Source of the DNA: a virus
DNA length: 64,000 nucleotides
Virus record (IMG/VR): IMGVR_UViG_3300028394_000070
Location: 7,522 to 71,521 of that record
Direction: 5' to 3' (one strand)
The notes under the pieces are model-generated. The model was not told the DNA's origin and ran no database searches. It worked only from the letters and a program-made list of their open reading frames with translations. A program made the position numbers and the translations under genes. Below are positions 16,178-24,956 of this stretch, piece by piece. Each line of letters begins with the position of its first letter. The stretch's first letter is position 1.

Positions 16178-16905
16178 ACGATGAACCACTATTGCTGATT
16201 CCGTATCTGCGAGTAAGTACGGACGACCAAGAGAACTCCATGGAGATGCAGTTGGCTGCCGTTGAGCGGTACTGCAAGTACCATGGGCATATCATGGGTA
16301 CTCCATTCGCAGATACGGACGTGAGTGCGTATACCGAGATGAACAACCGCCCTGCTGGGAAGAAACTCCTAGCAGAGGTTAACTACCTAGTGTCCAAGGG
16401 TACTAGGTGTGGTGTGGTGACGCTCAAGGTTGATCGGATGTTCCGCAACTCGATCGATGCACAACTGATCGTGCGTGGATGGAATGACGATGGCATCCCC
16501 TTGTATGTGATTGCTATGGGCGGTGCATCGTTTAATACATCCACATCTATCGGATGGCTATTCTTCCAAACGCTAGTTAGCTTCGCTGAGTTCGAACGCA
16601 ATCAGATATCTGAGCGGACGAAGGCAGTCAAGCAGCATCTCAAGGACAACCTCAAGAAGAATGGGGCGGTGGTCTATGGATGGGTGGCTGACGTTGAGGG
16701 TAACCTCAGCGAGCATCCCGAAGAGGCTCAAGCGGTACGTATGGCATTCAAACTAAAGGGAGATGGCTATAGCCTACAATACATCGCTGATGAGTTCAAC
16801 ATGCTAGGATACAAGACTAAGTCTGGTTCTCAATTCCAACCCGTTACCATCATGCGTATACTTAATTATGAACCGAATCTAAAACTACTTAGAAATGATG
16901 ACTGA
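16174..16905 (+). CDS. serine recombinase (resolvase catalytic domain plus short recombinase domain)
   Basis: YLRVSTDDQ catalytic Ser, VSA..RP, KVDRMFRN, FAEFERNQISERTK, YGW..EA..V...F.....SL..IA. Confidence 0.92.
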   Translation: MNDEPLLLIPYLRVSTDDQENSMEMQLAAVERYCKYHGHIMGTPFADTDVSAYTEMNNRPAGKKLLAEVNYLVSKGTRCGVVTLKVDRMFRNSIDAQLIVRGWNDDGIPLYVIAMGGASFNTSTSIGWLFFQTLVSFAEFERNQISERTKAVKQHLKDNLKKNGAVVYGWVADVEGNLSEHPEEAQAVRMAFKLKGDGYSLQYIADEFNMLGYKTKSGSQFQPVTIMRILNYEPNLKLLRNDD

Positions 16906-17155
16906 AGAAACAACCCCTAAGGTGGGACGGCCCACCAAGTACGACTTCTCCTGCTTGGAGATGGTCGGAGACTATATTACCATAGAGCCTAAAAAACTAG
17001 GTTACTTCCGTATACGTGAGGTGCATACTATAGCTGCATCCTTGTCTCAGCACAAGAAGAAGCACGCTCCTAACAATATCTACACCCTCAAGTCTATCTA
17101 TGACGAGAAGGGTCGCACAAAGGAGGTACGTATATTCTTAATTGCTGTGATATGA
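16895..17155 (+). CDS. small putative DNA-binding protein
   Basis: GRPTKYDF..LEMVGD N-terminus. Confidence 0.6.
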   Translation: MMTEETTPKVGRPTKYDFSCLEMVGDYITIEPKKLGYFRIREVHTIAASLSQHKKKHAPNNIYTLKSIYDEKGRTKEVRIFLIAVI

Positions 17156-17376
17156 AAGATGCATTTCGTACGCTGATGATGGTTGCCATGTGTATACTAT
17201 CGTTCTATTGCATGTGTTTGTACACAGAGTTGATGTTCAAGGGTGATGCCCCGATCAACTCATGCTTCATGCCGTTCATCCTATACATGGCAGGTCTGAC
17301 ATTGTCTGTAATTATTCCATTGTTTGTCACAGAATATCTGTGGAAATTTTTTGGATTATTCAAGATTAAGATTTAA
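17152..17376 (+). CDS. 2-TM membrane protein
   Basis: hydrophobic segments. Confidence 0.65.
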   Translation: MKDAFRTLMMVAMCILSFYCMCLYTELMFKGDAPINSCFMPFILYMAGLTLSVIIPLFVTEYLWKFFGLFKIKI

Positions 17377-17425
17377 ATTCGCATAAATAAATAAATTTTT
17401 TTGTTCAATTCTAATCAATTCAATT

Positions 17426-18139
17426 ATGTTATCAAATTCAGAATCAAAGAAGACTACCTACGTCAAGATGTTCTCTAGAGAACCTGGTACTAAAGACGCT
17501 AATGCCTTTTTCGGTATATCCGAGAAGGTTGATGGTCAGTGGAAAACAACAAAACGATTCGACACCCTAGAGGGGTATCTCGATTCAATCTCTGTCGGAG
17601 AGTTCGTCTTCGATGGCAAGTCTAACAAAACCGTGAAGATGGTATTCACTAGCGCAGACGGAGAACGTGTGCAGGTGGAAAGCACATTCACGCTGCTAGC
17701 CTATAGTACAATCAACTCCCTTGCTGGATGCGACTACACTAAGAGAATCAAACTTAAGCTATACGTACGTACACGCAAGGACACGGGCGACAAGAACGCT
17801 GCCATCTTTATCGAGTGCGATGGGGTGAGAGCGGATTGGAAGTATACTCCCGACGAACTCCCTAAGATTGTTAAGGTTATGGTAGGCAAGAAGGAAGTTA
17901 TAGATGATAGTGAAGTAGTCGAATTCTACGAAAATTTAATCCATGAAATCAATGGATATGTAAGCGTGTCTCTTAAGACCCGTAGCACAGACATCATGAT
18001 GGCACTACCTAACCGAGTTGCTGAACTACCTAAGGTGGAAATGTCAGCTAAGGTGGTATCAGCATTAGAGGTACTAGGAGCTAAACAAACAACCCAAGAA
18101 CTATTCGCAAATGAAGAAGATTCTGACCTCCCTTTTTAA
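17426..18139 (+). CDS. putative single-stranded DNA-binding protein
   Basis: beta-rich core with acidic EEDSDLPF C-terminal tip; next to a nuclease. Confidence 0.65.
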   Translation: MLSNSESKKTTYVKMFSREPGTKDANAFFGISEKVDGQWKTTKRFDTLEGYLDSISVGEFVFDGKSNKTVKMVFTSADGERVQVESTFTLLAYSTINSLAGCDYTKRIKLKLYVRTRKDTGDKNAAIFIECDGVRADWKYTPDELPKIVKVMVGKKEVIDDSEVVEFYENLIHEINGYVSVSLKTRSTDIMMALPNRVAELPKVEMSAKVVSALEVLGAKQTTQELFANEEDSDLPF

Positions 18140-18293
18140 TCCGAAGCCTAGCCCATATGTGATGTACAAAGAGCATTGCAGGGTTGTTAAGGCGATATTG
18201 ACAGCTGACCCAGGATTTGTGTCTACTAACGCTAGACATGACCACATAGTTGAGCAGAGAGCCATCCTGAGCGGTATGCTCGATTAACTAATC

Positions 18294-18329
18294 AGCCCCG
18301 ATGACCTAGCCTTGTCGGGGCTTAATTTT
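18294..18329 (+). terminator. GC-rich hairpin, possible terminator
   Basis: AGCCCCGA/TCGGGGCT followed by TAATTTT. Confidence 0.5.
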
Positions 18330-18336
18330 CTAAAAC

Positions 18337-19284
18337 ATGTCTGAGCAAGGTAAAGTAGAACACGTATCGGCTTTCTTCAGTAAGCTAGAGCCACTAGGAT
18401 ACACCCTGAGGAGGGTAAACACCAACCAAGGAAGGTACTACGTAGTAGATGATAGAATGTTCATCTCCGTGACTTCCCTAATAGATATGACGACCAAGAC
18501 CGATGAGGGTCTGGTTAGAAAGATGTGCGATACTGGTTACAACGAGTGGATGCGGTTCTTGAATGAACGTGCCACCTACGGGACAATCATGCACATATTG
18601 ATTGCAGACTTCCTTAACGACACCTTTATCAACTTCGGTATCCTAGACGCTAGGATCGAGGAGTTGTTTGAGGAGCATCGTGTGGAGGAGCGCAAGCGTT
18701 TCCATTTCATGGATGACCTGCGTAAAGATTTACTAGCCTTTGCCGAGTTTGCTGCCGAGCATCAGATTCTTCCGCTCTGCGCTGAACTTCCTATGGTTAG
18801 TTTCAAGTACGGATTCGCAGGTACACTAGACCTCATCTGCTTGATGGATATCAAGGAGAAGGGATTCTTCGGTGAGGTATACAAGTCGGGTGCTAACAAG
18901 GGTGCGCCTAAGGAGACGTACAACGTCAAGCGTGTGATGGCAATCATAGACTTTAAGTCGGGTCGTAACGGGTTCACAGACAAGCATGCTGACCAACTAA
19001 CGCTGTGTCGGATGCTAGTAGATGAGAACTACCCGAACCTATTGGAGGACTATGATGCTTCCGAACTGCATACATTCAATTGGTCTCCTAAGGATTGGAG
19101 GACTGAGCCTAGCTACACGTTGAAGAATCAGACGGGTGCGACACCTGATGCGGTGGCAATAGCTAAGATACTGATTGCTAAGGAGAAGGTGAAGGATACT
19201 ATACCTACGTTCCTGAAGACATCAGGCATGGTGGAGCTAGGGCAACGACCTACAGAGAATTATCATTTTAAAAGAGTAATATAA
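18337..19284 (+). CDS. PD-(D/E)XK exonuclease
   Basis: SVT, GTIMH, E, AGTLDL, IIDFKSG, QL motifs. Confidence 0.85.
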   Translation: MSEQGKVEHVSAFFSKLEPLGYTLRRVNTNQGRYYVVDDRMFISVTSLIDMTTKTDEGLVRKMCDTGYNEWMRFLNERATYGTIMHILIADFLNDTFINFGILDARIEELFEEHRVEERKRFHFMDDLRKDLLAFAEFAAEHQILPLCAELPMVSFKYGFAGTLDLICLMDIKEKGFFGEVYKSGANKGAPKETYNVKRVMAIIDFKSGRNGFTDKHADQLTLCRMLVDENYPNLLEDYDASELHTFNWSPKDWRTEPSYTLKNQTGATPDAVAIAKILIAKEKVKDTIPTFLKTSGMVELGQRPTENYHFKRVI

Positions 19285-19529
19285 TGTTAGAGAAAATACT
19301 AGAGTGGTTCCCTGAGGAAGAAATCCTTAAGGCTGATGGATATGATGATGCCATCATCGGCATAGACGACTCATCCATGCGACTGATTTATTCAGTCAGT
19401 AAGTGTATTCAGATACTCATTGAGGATGAGGGTATGACCGAGGAGGACGCACTAGAGCATTTTCACTACAACACCAAAGGTTCATGGGTCGGGGAGCAAA
19501 CCCCGATCTGGTGTACCGACGACCTTTAA
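19284..19529 (+). CDS. acidic phage hypothetical protein
   Basis: LKADGYDDAIIG...GSWVGEQTPI. Confidence 0.8.
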   Translation: MLEKILEWFPEEEILKADGYDDAIIGIDDSSMRLIYSVSKCIQILIEDEGMTEEDALEHFHYNTKGSWVGEQTPIWCTDDL

Positions 19530-19547
19530 CCCCCTAAACTAGTTACA

Positions 19548-19856
19548 ATGATAAACAAGATGAAGAATCTCAAGCCTAAGGTTGAATCGATTCTAAGGCA
19601 AAACATGCGCTGTCGTGACAGCGATAGCATCCTATACGCTACCCTATTATTCTACGAGATGGGTGACTCAAGACTAAATGCGATGAGTGGATACGAACTA
19701 CTCAAGGTGATATCCGAGGACGTATATCCATCCTATGACACCATTGCTAGGGTGAGGCGCAAGCTTCAGAACGAAGACGAGACCCTACGTGGAAAGAACT
19801 ACAACGAGAGACATCATCTAGAGGCTGAGGTACGAACTAATATATCTTCCCTATGA
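19548..19856 (+). CDS. hypothetical protein, possibly wHTH
   Basis: RDSD...PSYDTIARVRRKLQ. Confidence 0.75.
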   Translation: MINKMKNLKPKVESILRQNMRCRDSDSILYATLLFYEMGDSRLNAMSGYELLKVISEDVYPSYDTIARVRRKLQNEDETLRGKNYNERHHLEAEVRTNISSL

Positions 19857-20017
19857 ACTGCCCTAAATGTAAGTCCACTAGCAGAAAATATCTATCTTAC
19901 CAACGTAAGATTGAGAAGAGGGTCATGATGATTGAGAATAAATGGGAGTGTCAGAAATGTACGTACAAGTTTTACGTGATGATGCCTGAGCAGGTAGTAG
20001 CAATCGTAAATAACTAA
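19853..20017 (+). CDS. 54-aa zinc-ribbon protein (not in ORF track)
   Basis: CPKC...WECQKC. Confidence 0.7.
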   Translation: MNCPKCKSTSRKYLSYQRKIEKRVMMIENKWECQKCTYKFYVMMPEQVVAIVNN

Positions 20018-20027
20018 AAATAAAAAC

Positions 20028-20480
20028 ATGGAAAGCATGAAAAAATATAAATTCAAAACGTATACCCTACTAATGAGTTATAATCCTTGTGACATATTTA
20101 CATATTACAATGTTGTAGAAATGCATGGGCTTAATCTTGTGGATTGTATGAAGCACAAGAATAATACTCAACAGGCATACATTGCAGGGTGGTGTAACTA
20201 TATACCTAAACCTAAGAAAGATTATAAAGAGGGTGACCCTAAATTTCTTTTTATTAATCTAAGCAGATGTGGAGATGACATTGAAGCCTTTGGATTAATC
20301 ATGCATGAATTAATGCACCAATCATTTGATATATATAATGAAGATATATCTAAAGAAGAAGATATTATCACTTGGGCAGAGGAGGAAGCATATAAAGTTT
20401 TCAAATTAGTAAAAAAAGCTAAGAAGGATTCAACGTCATCTCACCCTTCGCCTAAATCAATTAATGGAATGCATTACTAA
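20028..20480 (+). CDS. HExxH (zincin-like) protein, AT-rich
   Basis: MHELMH plus downstream EEEAY. Confidence 0.65.
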   Translation: MESMKKYKFKTYTLLMSYNPCDIFTYYNVVEMHGLNLVDCMKHKNNTQQAYIAGWCNYIPKPKKDYKEGDPKFLFINLSRCGDDIEAFGLIMHELMHQSFDIYNEDISKEEDIITWAEEEAYKVFKLVKKAKKDSTSSHPSPKSINGMHY

Positions 20481-20728
20481 TGACCCTAGAAGAACGAATC
20501 ATATCCCACATGAACACCAAGTACCCTGAGGAAGGCTCTATGCCATTCGATTCAGGCAAATGCCCCGATGTTCAGTTCACGCACGAATCGTTCATGAGGA
20601 CGCTTAATCACGCTAAAAAAGGTAGCAGTTATTACTTTGATTGCCTGAGCCGTTGCTATGACTGGCTGAAGGCATTGAAACAGAATGGGATTAATCTAAT
20701 AGACAACCCTAGTCCTTCAGAATCTTGA
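20480..20728 (+). CDS. hypothetical protein
   Basis: TAATG coupling; last gene before convergence. Confidence 0.65.
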   Translation: MTLEERIISHMNTKYPEEGSMPFDSGKCPDVQFTHESFMRTLNHAKKGSSYYFDCLSRCYDWLKALKQNGINLIDNPSPSES

Positions 20729-21293
20729 TGGAATCCGTTTCTCTGAATGTTACGTTAGGACAGGTTGAAACAACACTAGTGGAGTAAACCTTCCTTCCGT
20801 ATCTGAACAGCCCCCACAACGATTGCTTCTTGCGTTTCCATTTGGTTACCACGTTCACATCCATCGACTGATCGATCGTGAACTCACCTATGTCTGTAGA
20901 ATCGTTGATGATGGCGGTCAGGGCTAGGCATCCGTCATCAAATTGGATGTACCTAGCAAGGATTGGCATCGTCTGATACATAACAACGGTGTCATGTACA
21001 GCAGCTAGTTGTTTGGTTTTGTATATAACCTTGGTTGTTACAATGGATTCAATCTGCTTAGGCTTGGCATCTACAGAGTCCTTGATTAGCTTCACTAGGT
21101 CTGGCCTTAGTTCGATCAGGTCGTCCAGGCTGATGGTCTTCACTAGTCCTAGGAGTGTATCCGACTGAGCCTTGAAGTTATCCTCCCAACGATCACGATC
21201 CTCACGTGCCTTTTCCACATCACAGCCTAGCTTTAAGAATGTAAGGATGATAAGGATGACGATGACGGCTCCTAGCTTTGCTAGTGGATTCAT
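20709..21293 (-). CDS. putative spanin-like lysis protein
   Basis: N-terminal TM then coiled coil and beta-rich C-terminus with W.LF; end of lysis module. Confidence 0.55.
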   Translation of the reverse strand: MNPLAKLGAVIVILIILTFLKLGCDVEKAREDRDRWEDNFKAQSDTLLGLVKTISLDDLIELRPDLVKLIKDSVDAKPKQIESIVTTKVIYKTKQLAAVHDTVVMYQTMPILARYIQFDDGCLALTAIINDSTDIGEFTIDQSMDVNVVTKWKRKKQSLWGLFRYGRKVYSTSVVSTCPNVTFRETDSIKILKD

Positions 21294-21505
21294 TAACTTA
21301 ATTGATTGCTTAGTGATAAAGCCCATGTTAGTTCTAGTTGTCGCTTGTCTTCAAAACTAAAAACCCCTGAGGATGTTTTCCACGTGTCGTGGGCTATCTC
21401 AAGGGCGGTATTTTCTGTAATCGATTCATTCAGAACACGTTCAATCAACATATCTACTAGTCTCTTATTGTGCTGGTGGATGCACGTAATGAATCGATTG
21501 TCCAT
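21293..21505 (-). CDS. 70-aa hypothetical protein (start MDNRF)
   Basis: coupled between the PAS-HisKA and spanin-like genes. Confidence 0.6.
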   Translation of the reverse strand: MDNRFITCIHQHNKRLVDMLIERVLNESITENTALEIAHDTWKTSSGVFSFEDKRQLELTWALSLSNQLS

Positions 21506-21506
21506 T

Positions 21507-22070
21507 TTATTTGCTTGACTTACTGCTAAGTTCGACAATTTCTTTGACAACTTCATCAAGTTCTTTTGATGAATCGTAAAGCATCTTAATTATCATCTTA
21601 TCCTCGTCGTTAGCATTCTTGCTTATAAGCTCTGATAATGCTAGGATGTTAGCCAATGGCTTGCGTACCTTATGCGACTGAACCCAGGATATTTTTTCTA
21701 GTAATCTCTGCTGCTCCTCGTACTCCTGAGCAGTGATGGATACAACATCGAATAGTTGTATTCCTATCATGTGGTATAGTCCTTTGCCGTATGCAATCTC
21801 CCACGTACTCCATCGCTTTGCCCCGTTCTTTTGATTTAGTCTGCACTGGAACGATGAGGGAAACGGACTTGAGTCAACAGCTCTCTTCATCGCCTTCGTC
21901 ATTTCTTCCTGATCTTGGGTATGCGTGATGAAGTGGTCTACGTTTTCTGGTTGGATGTGAGAGGCGAAACTAGAGAATAACTCGTTTGTGTATTCCAATT
22001 TGCCCTCGTTATCACAACGCACGTAAAACAGGTTTAACGAGTTCTCTAGTAAAACACTTGCTGGTATCAT
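21507..22070 (-). CDS. PAS domain plus HisKA/DHp protein without ATPase domain
   Basis: D.EG...Y.N..F PAS start, R...K.G..RW PAC, H-box QSHKVRKPLANIL. Confidence 0.85.
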   Translation of the reverse strand: MIPASVLLENSLNLFYVRCDNEGKLEYTNELFSSFASHIQPENVDHFITHTQDQEEMTKAMKRAVDSSPFPSSFQCRLNQKNGAKRWSTWEIAYGKGLYHMIGIQLFDVVSITAQEYEEQQRLLEKISWVQSHKVRKPLANILALSELISKNANDEDKMIIKMLYDSSKELDEVVKEIVELSSKSSK

Positions 22071-22110
22071 TGCCTCTTATCTGCTCGCTAATTTAAGGCA
22101 AATACTGAAA

Positions 22111-22617
22111 TTAACAAGACATTATTTCACTAAAGAAATTGCCCCATGAGTTCTTCACCACTGCACGATAAGCATAAGCTATGGTCATCAGCACTAGGAC
22201 AGGTAGGGACGCAACATCAATAACATTGTCATAGTTATTACTAGTAGCATTAACTGATTCTGCATGGGTATAGTAATGAGGAACGAAAGGTGTAGCAGAT
22301 GGATATACCTTGTCACCTACCTTGATGGTATCAAATGAATTCAATTGCACCTCGTTTATTTCTGTTGCCTCTTCCTCTGGATCCATGTAGAAGATATTAC
22401 CGAACATGTCCTTGTATAGATTTCTGCAATCTACGGAAGAATCCATTTCGGACGGCATCACCTTGAAATAAGTTTTCGATGTTCCAACATTCGCATAGAA
22501 ATAGAAGGTCGTGTCTATGATACCATGGTCATGATTAACACAGTTAACCCCTTCTAGGCAATAGTTAAACACCATAATGGTATCTATTGTTGTCTGGCTA
22601 TTGGGTTTCATCATCAC
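22111..22617 (-). CDS. hypothetical protein with C-terminal TM
   Basis: C-x5-C-x2-H-x-H near N-terminus; LPVLVLMTIAYAY TM. Confidence 0.65.
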   Translation of the reverse strand: MMMKPNSQTTIDTIMVFNYCLEGVNCVNHDHGIIDTTFYFYANVGTSKTYFKVMPSEMDSSVDCRNLYKDMFGNIFYMDPEEEATEINEVQLNSFDTIKVGDKVYPSATPFVPHYYTHAESVNATSNNYDNVIDVASLPVLVLMTIAYAYRAVVKNSWGNFFSEIMSC

Positions 22618-22855
22618 CTTTATTTTTATAATTGCCTAGGTACTTAAAGAAACCTATCAAGTCAATTGTATTGTTTATAAAACCTCCTGCCACTAGAAGA
22701 ACAAGGCCGAATACCGCCTTCTGCTCCGTTATCATATCGAAATACCACATGTAGAGTGTCACGAGTATAAATAAACTCCCTACGGTCTCCTTCCAGTTCT
22801 TAAGGATTACCATAGCAATCTTCACCCACCTAGGTAATTCTTCTGGTTTCTTCAT
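22598..22855 (-). CDS. putative holin (2 TM)
   Basis: KNWKETVGSL, two TM helices, charged C-terminus. Confidence 0.6.
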   Translation of the reverse strand: MKKPEELPRWVKIAMVILKNWKETVGSLFILVTLYMWYFDMITEQKAVFGLVLLVAGGFINNTIDLIGFFKYLGNYKNKGDDETQ

Positions 22856-22856
22856 T

Positions 22857-23618
22857 TCAACGAGGACTAATGTAGTACATATATTGTGAGCTTGAAACAC
22901 TTCTGCCTAGTATATCATAGCCAGACTGCTTCTTCTCTGTATACGGAACCTCACAGAACACGATGTCTGATATGTTCGCCTTTCCATTAACATCAATCTC
23001 ACGCACAGCGAAGTAGTTCATCCCTCCGTTATCGAATGGGATTGCTAGGTTGTACTCCGACTGCTTAGAGTTCGTCTCTTGGATCGGAGCCACCTCACGT
23101 ATCGTCCTCCAATTGACCGCATCAGTTGATGTGATGACCTCAAACTTATGTGTACCAGAATTGCTGCACGTAATCCATCTGACTCTTACATCACCATCTG
23201 AGTAGTATGAGTAGATACCACACCAATCCACGGCTAATCCACCTGCCAAAACAGTGTAAGGACAGAAGTTGTCAATCAGTACGGCTTGGATGGTATAGCA
23301 GAGTGTTAGCGTGTCCGTACCTGCTGGTATCATCGTGCCGTCACCTATGTAAATACACTGAGCATTGTACTGCTTGACGCTAGTAACGAACGCAGGTTGT
23401 CCCGATGGAGATGAATAACTAAATGCGGACACCTGTGTCTGGTTGGTCTTAGCAACCTTAACGCAGATGGTCGTGTCACGGATCTGACCTGAGATACATT
23501 GGTTGGAGAAGTACAGACCAAAGAAGCTAGGTAGTCCGTAATAGGCTTGAGCTATCCTGCTAGTGTTACACTGTGCGGATGCTGTTATCGATAGTAATAA
23601 GAGTATGATTGTCTTCAT
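22857..23618 (-). CDS. secreted protein resembling T9SS cargo
   Basis: SPI signal ASA|Q; V.W...S....FEV..S.D..NW..I..V...NYF.V.E.D.NG Ig-like module; YDILGR. Confidence 0.75.
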   Translation of the reverse strand: MKTIILLLLSITASAQCNTSRIAQAYYGLPSFFGLYFSNQCISGQIRDTTICVKVAKTNQTQVSAFSYSSPSGQPAFVTSVKQYNAQCIYIGDGTMIPAGTDTLTLCYTIQAVLIDNFCPYTVLAGGLAVDWCGIYSYYSDGDVRVRWITCSNSGTHKFEVITSTDAVNWRTIREVAPIQETNSKQSEYNLAIPFDNGGMNYFAVREIDVNGKANISDIVFCEVPYTEKKQSGYDILGRSVSSSQYMYYISPR

Positions 23619-23682
23619 GACTAAGTATACGACCTAGTACATGAGAGGTTTTTTCTGATTTAATTTTAAACTTACAAGGGTG

Positions 23683-24162
23683 TTATTTTAGCTTCCGCTT
23701 AGGAACCTTGGTGATATTTAAGTCACCCTTTCTTTGCTTAGGTTTACTCTTCCATGAACCTTCAGCGAATCTATTTGCCTGTCTGTCGTTTCTGAATGTG
23801 ATGTATTCATTCTTGTCGATGATATCTTTTTTTAAGTCCTTCATCTGACGAAGGTTTCCCGTAGAGTCTCTGACAATATTAGGGTATGCAACAGGCTTGC
23901 CGTTGACTCTTCCAGATGACATCAGGTGAGTTCCTGTCGACTTCCAATCTTCAGTCTTAGGTGTCTTACTAGCCCTAGTGGTTCCAGGAATAACTTTACT
24001 ATCTCTTCCCTCTCCTTGTACACGTATAACCTGAGGATCTTTGTCGTACATACGTTTAACAAAGTCCTTGTCTTTACTCTTCCGAAGAGTCTTTCTAGCG
24101 GATGCGAACCCAGTTCTCTTAGGTTCGTTGTCCTTTTTTACTACGGTTACTTTCTTTGCCAT
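23683..24162 (-). CDS. Lys/Arg-rich protein
   Basis: MAKK start; THLMS..YPNI motif. Confidence 0.75.
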   Translation of the reverse strand: MAKKVTVVKKDNEPKRTGFASARKTLRKSKDKDFVKRMYDKDPQVIRVQGEGRDSKVIPGTTRASKTPKTEDWKSTGTHLMSSGRVNGKPVAYPNIVRDSTGNLRQMKDLKKDIIDKNEYITFRNDRQANRFAEGSWKSKPKQRKGDLNITKVPKRKLK

Positions 24163-24173
24163 GATTTATATAT

Positions 24174-24440
24174 TTAGCATGCCCATCGTTTCAGGGCTGC
24201 ACCTTTTCTAGTTAGCTTACCACCCTTAGATGTGGGTCCTTTAACACCGCTCATCCTAGCGCAGAATGACTTCTTTCTAGCACCTCCACCAGGCTGTGGT
24301 GCTTGGAGGTTCGATCCGTTGGCCTTGTTGTACGCAGCACGACCTGCTGCTGTCATACCTGCACCCTGATCCGTTGGCAGGTAATTCTTTCCTTTTCCTT
24401 TTGTGGTCTTAGGGATCGACACAGATGTCTTCTTTGCCAT
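24174..24440 (-). CDS. small basic phage protein
   Basis: GMTAAGRAAYN..NL.AP..RKKSFCARM..ALKRW.C. Confidence 0.8.
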   Translation of the reverse strand: MAKKTSVSIPKTTKGKGKNYLPTDQGAGMTAAGRAAYNKANGSNLQAPQPGGGARKKSFCARMSGVKGPTSKGGKLTRKGAALKRWAC

Positions 24441-24441
24441 G

Positions 24442-24798
24442 TTATTTCTTTTTAGCTACTGGTTTTCTTGTAGGCTTACCTAATTTCTTTGGTGTCTTAA
24501 CACCTAGTCCATATCTTGGCTTCTCTTTATATTCTTCCATGGATGGGGCTTCAATACCCCCTGGCTTTGATGGACCTTTTTCCATACCTTTTTGAAATCT
24601 ATATTTACTAGATACCCCTCCTCCAAATCCTGCCCCACCTAGAACTCTTAATCCAGCTTTTCCTGCTAATAACAATTGACCTGTTGGGTCAAAGTCAGCC
24701 CTACCTGATGCCTTAGGCATTCTATCCATCCTTTTGGATTCCTTTTGGAATGAAGGACTTTTCATGTTTACTTTCTTAGTTGCGATTTTCTTTGCCAT
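24442..24798 (-). CDS. Lys-rich protein (start MAKKIA)
   Basis: basic, low complexity. Confidence 0.7.
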   Translation of the reverse strand: MAKKIATKKVNMKSPSFQKESKRMDRMPKASGRADFDPTGQLLLAGKAGLRVLGGAGFGGGVSSKYRFQKGMEKGPSKPGGIEAPSMEEYKEKPRYGLGVKTPKKLGKPTRKPVAKKK

Positions 24799-24809
24799 GT
24801 TATATCTTT

Positions 24810-24956
24810 TTAGCTCCACATATGCCTGAATGCGTAGTCTGTTTCTATTTTGTTCTTGAACTGTTCTAGGCTAAGGTTCATCTCGTCTAGCATCACGAAC
24901 GGCTCCGTATGATGTCTAGATAGATATATTGCATATAGCTTATTTATACGTTTCAT
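24810..24956 (-). CDS. 48-aa hypothetical protein (not in ORF track)
   Basis: MKRINKLYAIY...; ATGA overlap with the endolysin stop. Confidence 0.55.
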   Translation of the reverse strand: MKRINKLYAIYLSRHHTEPFVMLDEMNLSLEQFKNKIETDYAFRHMWS

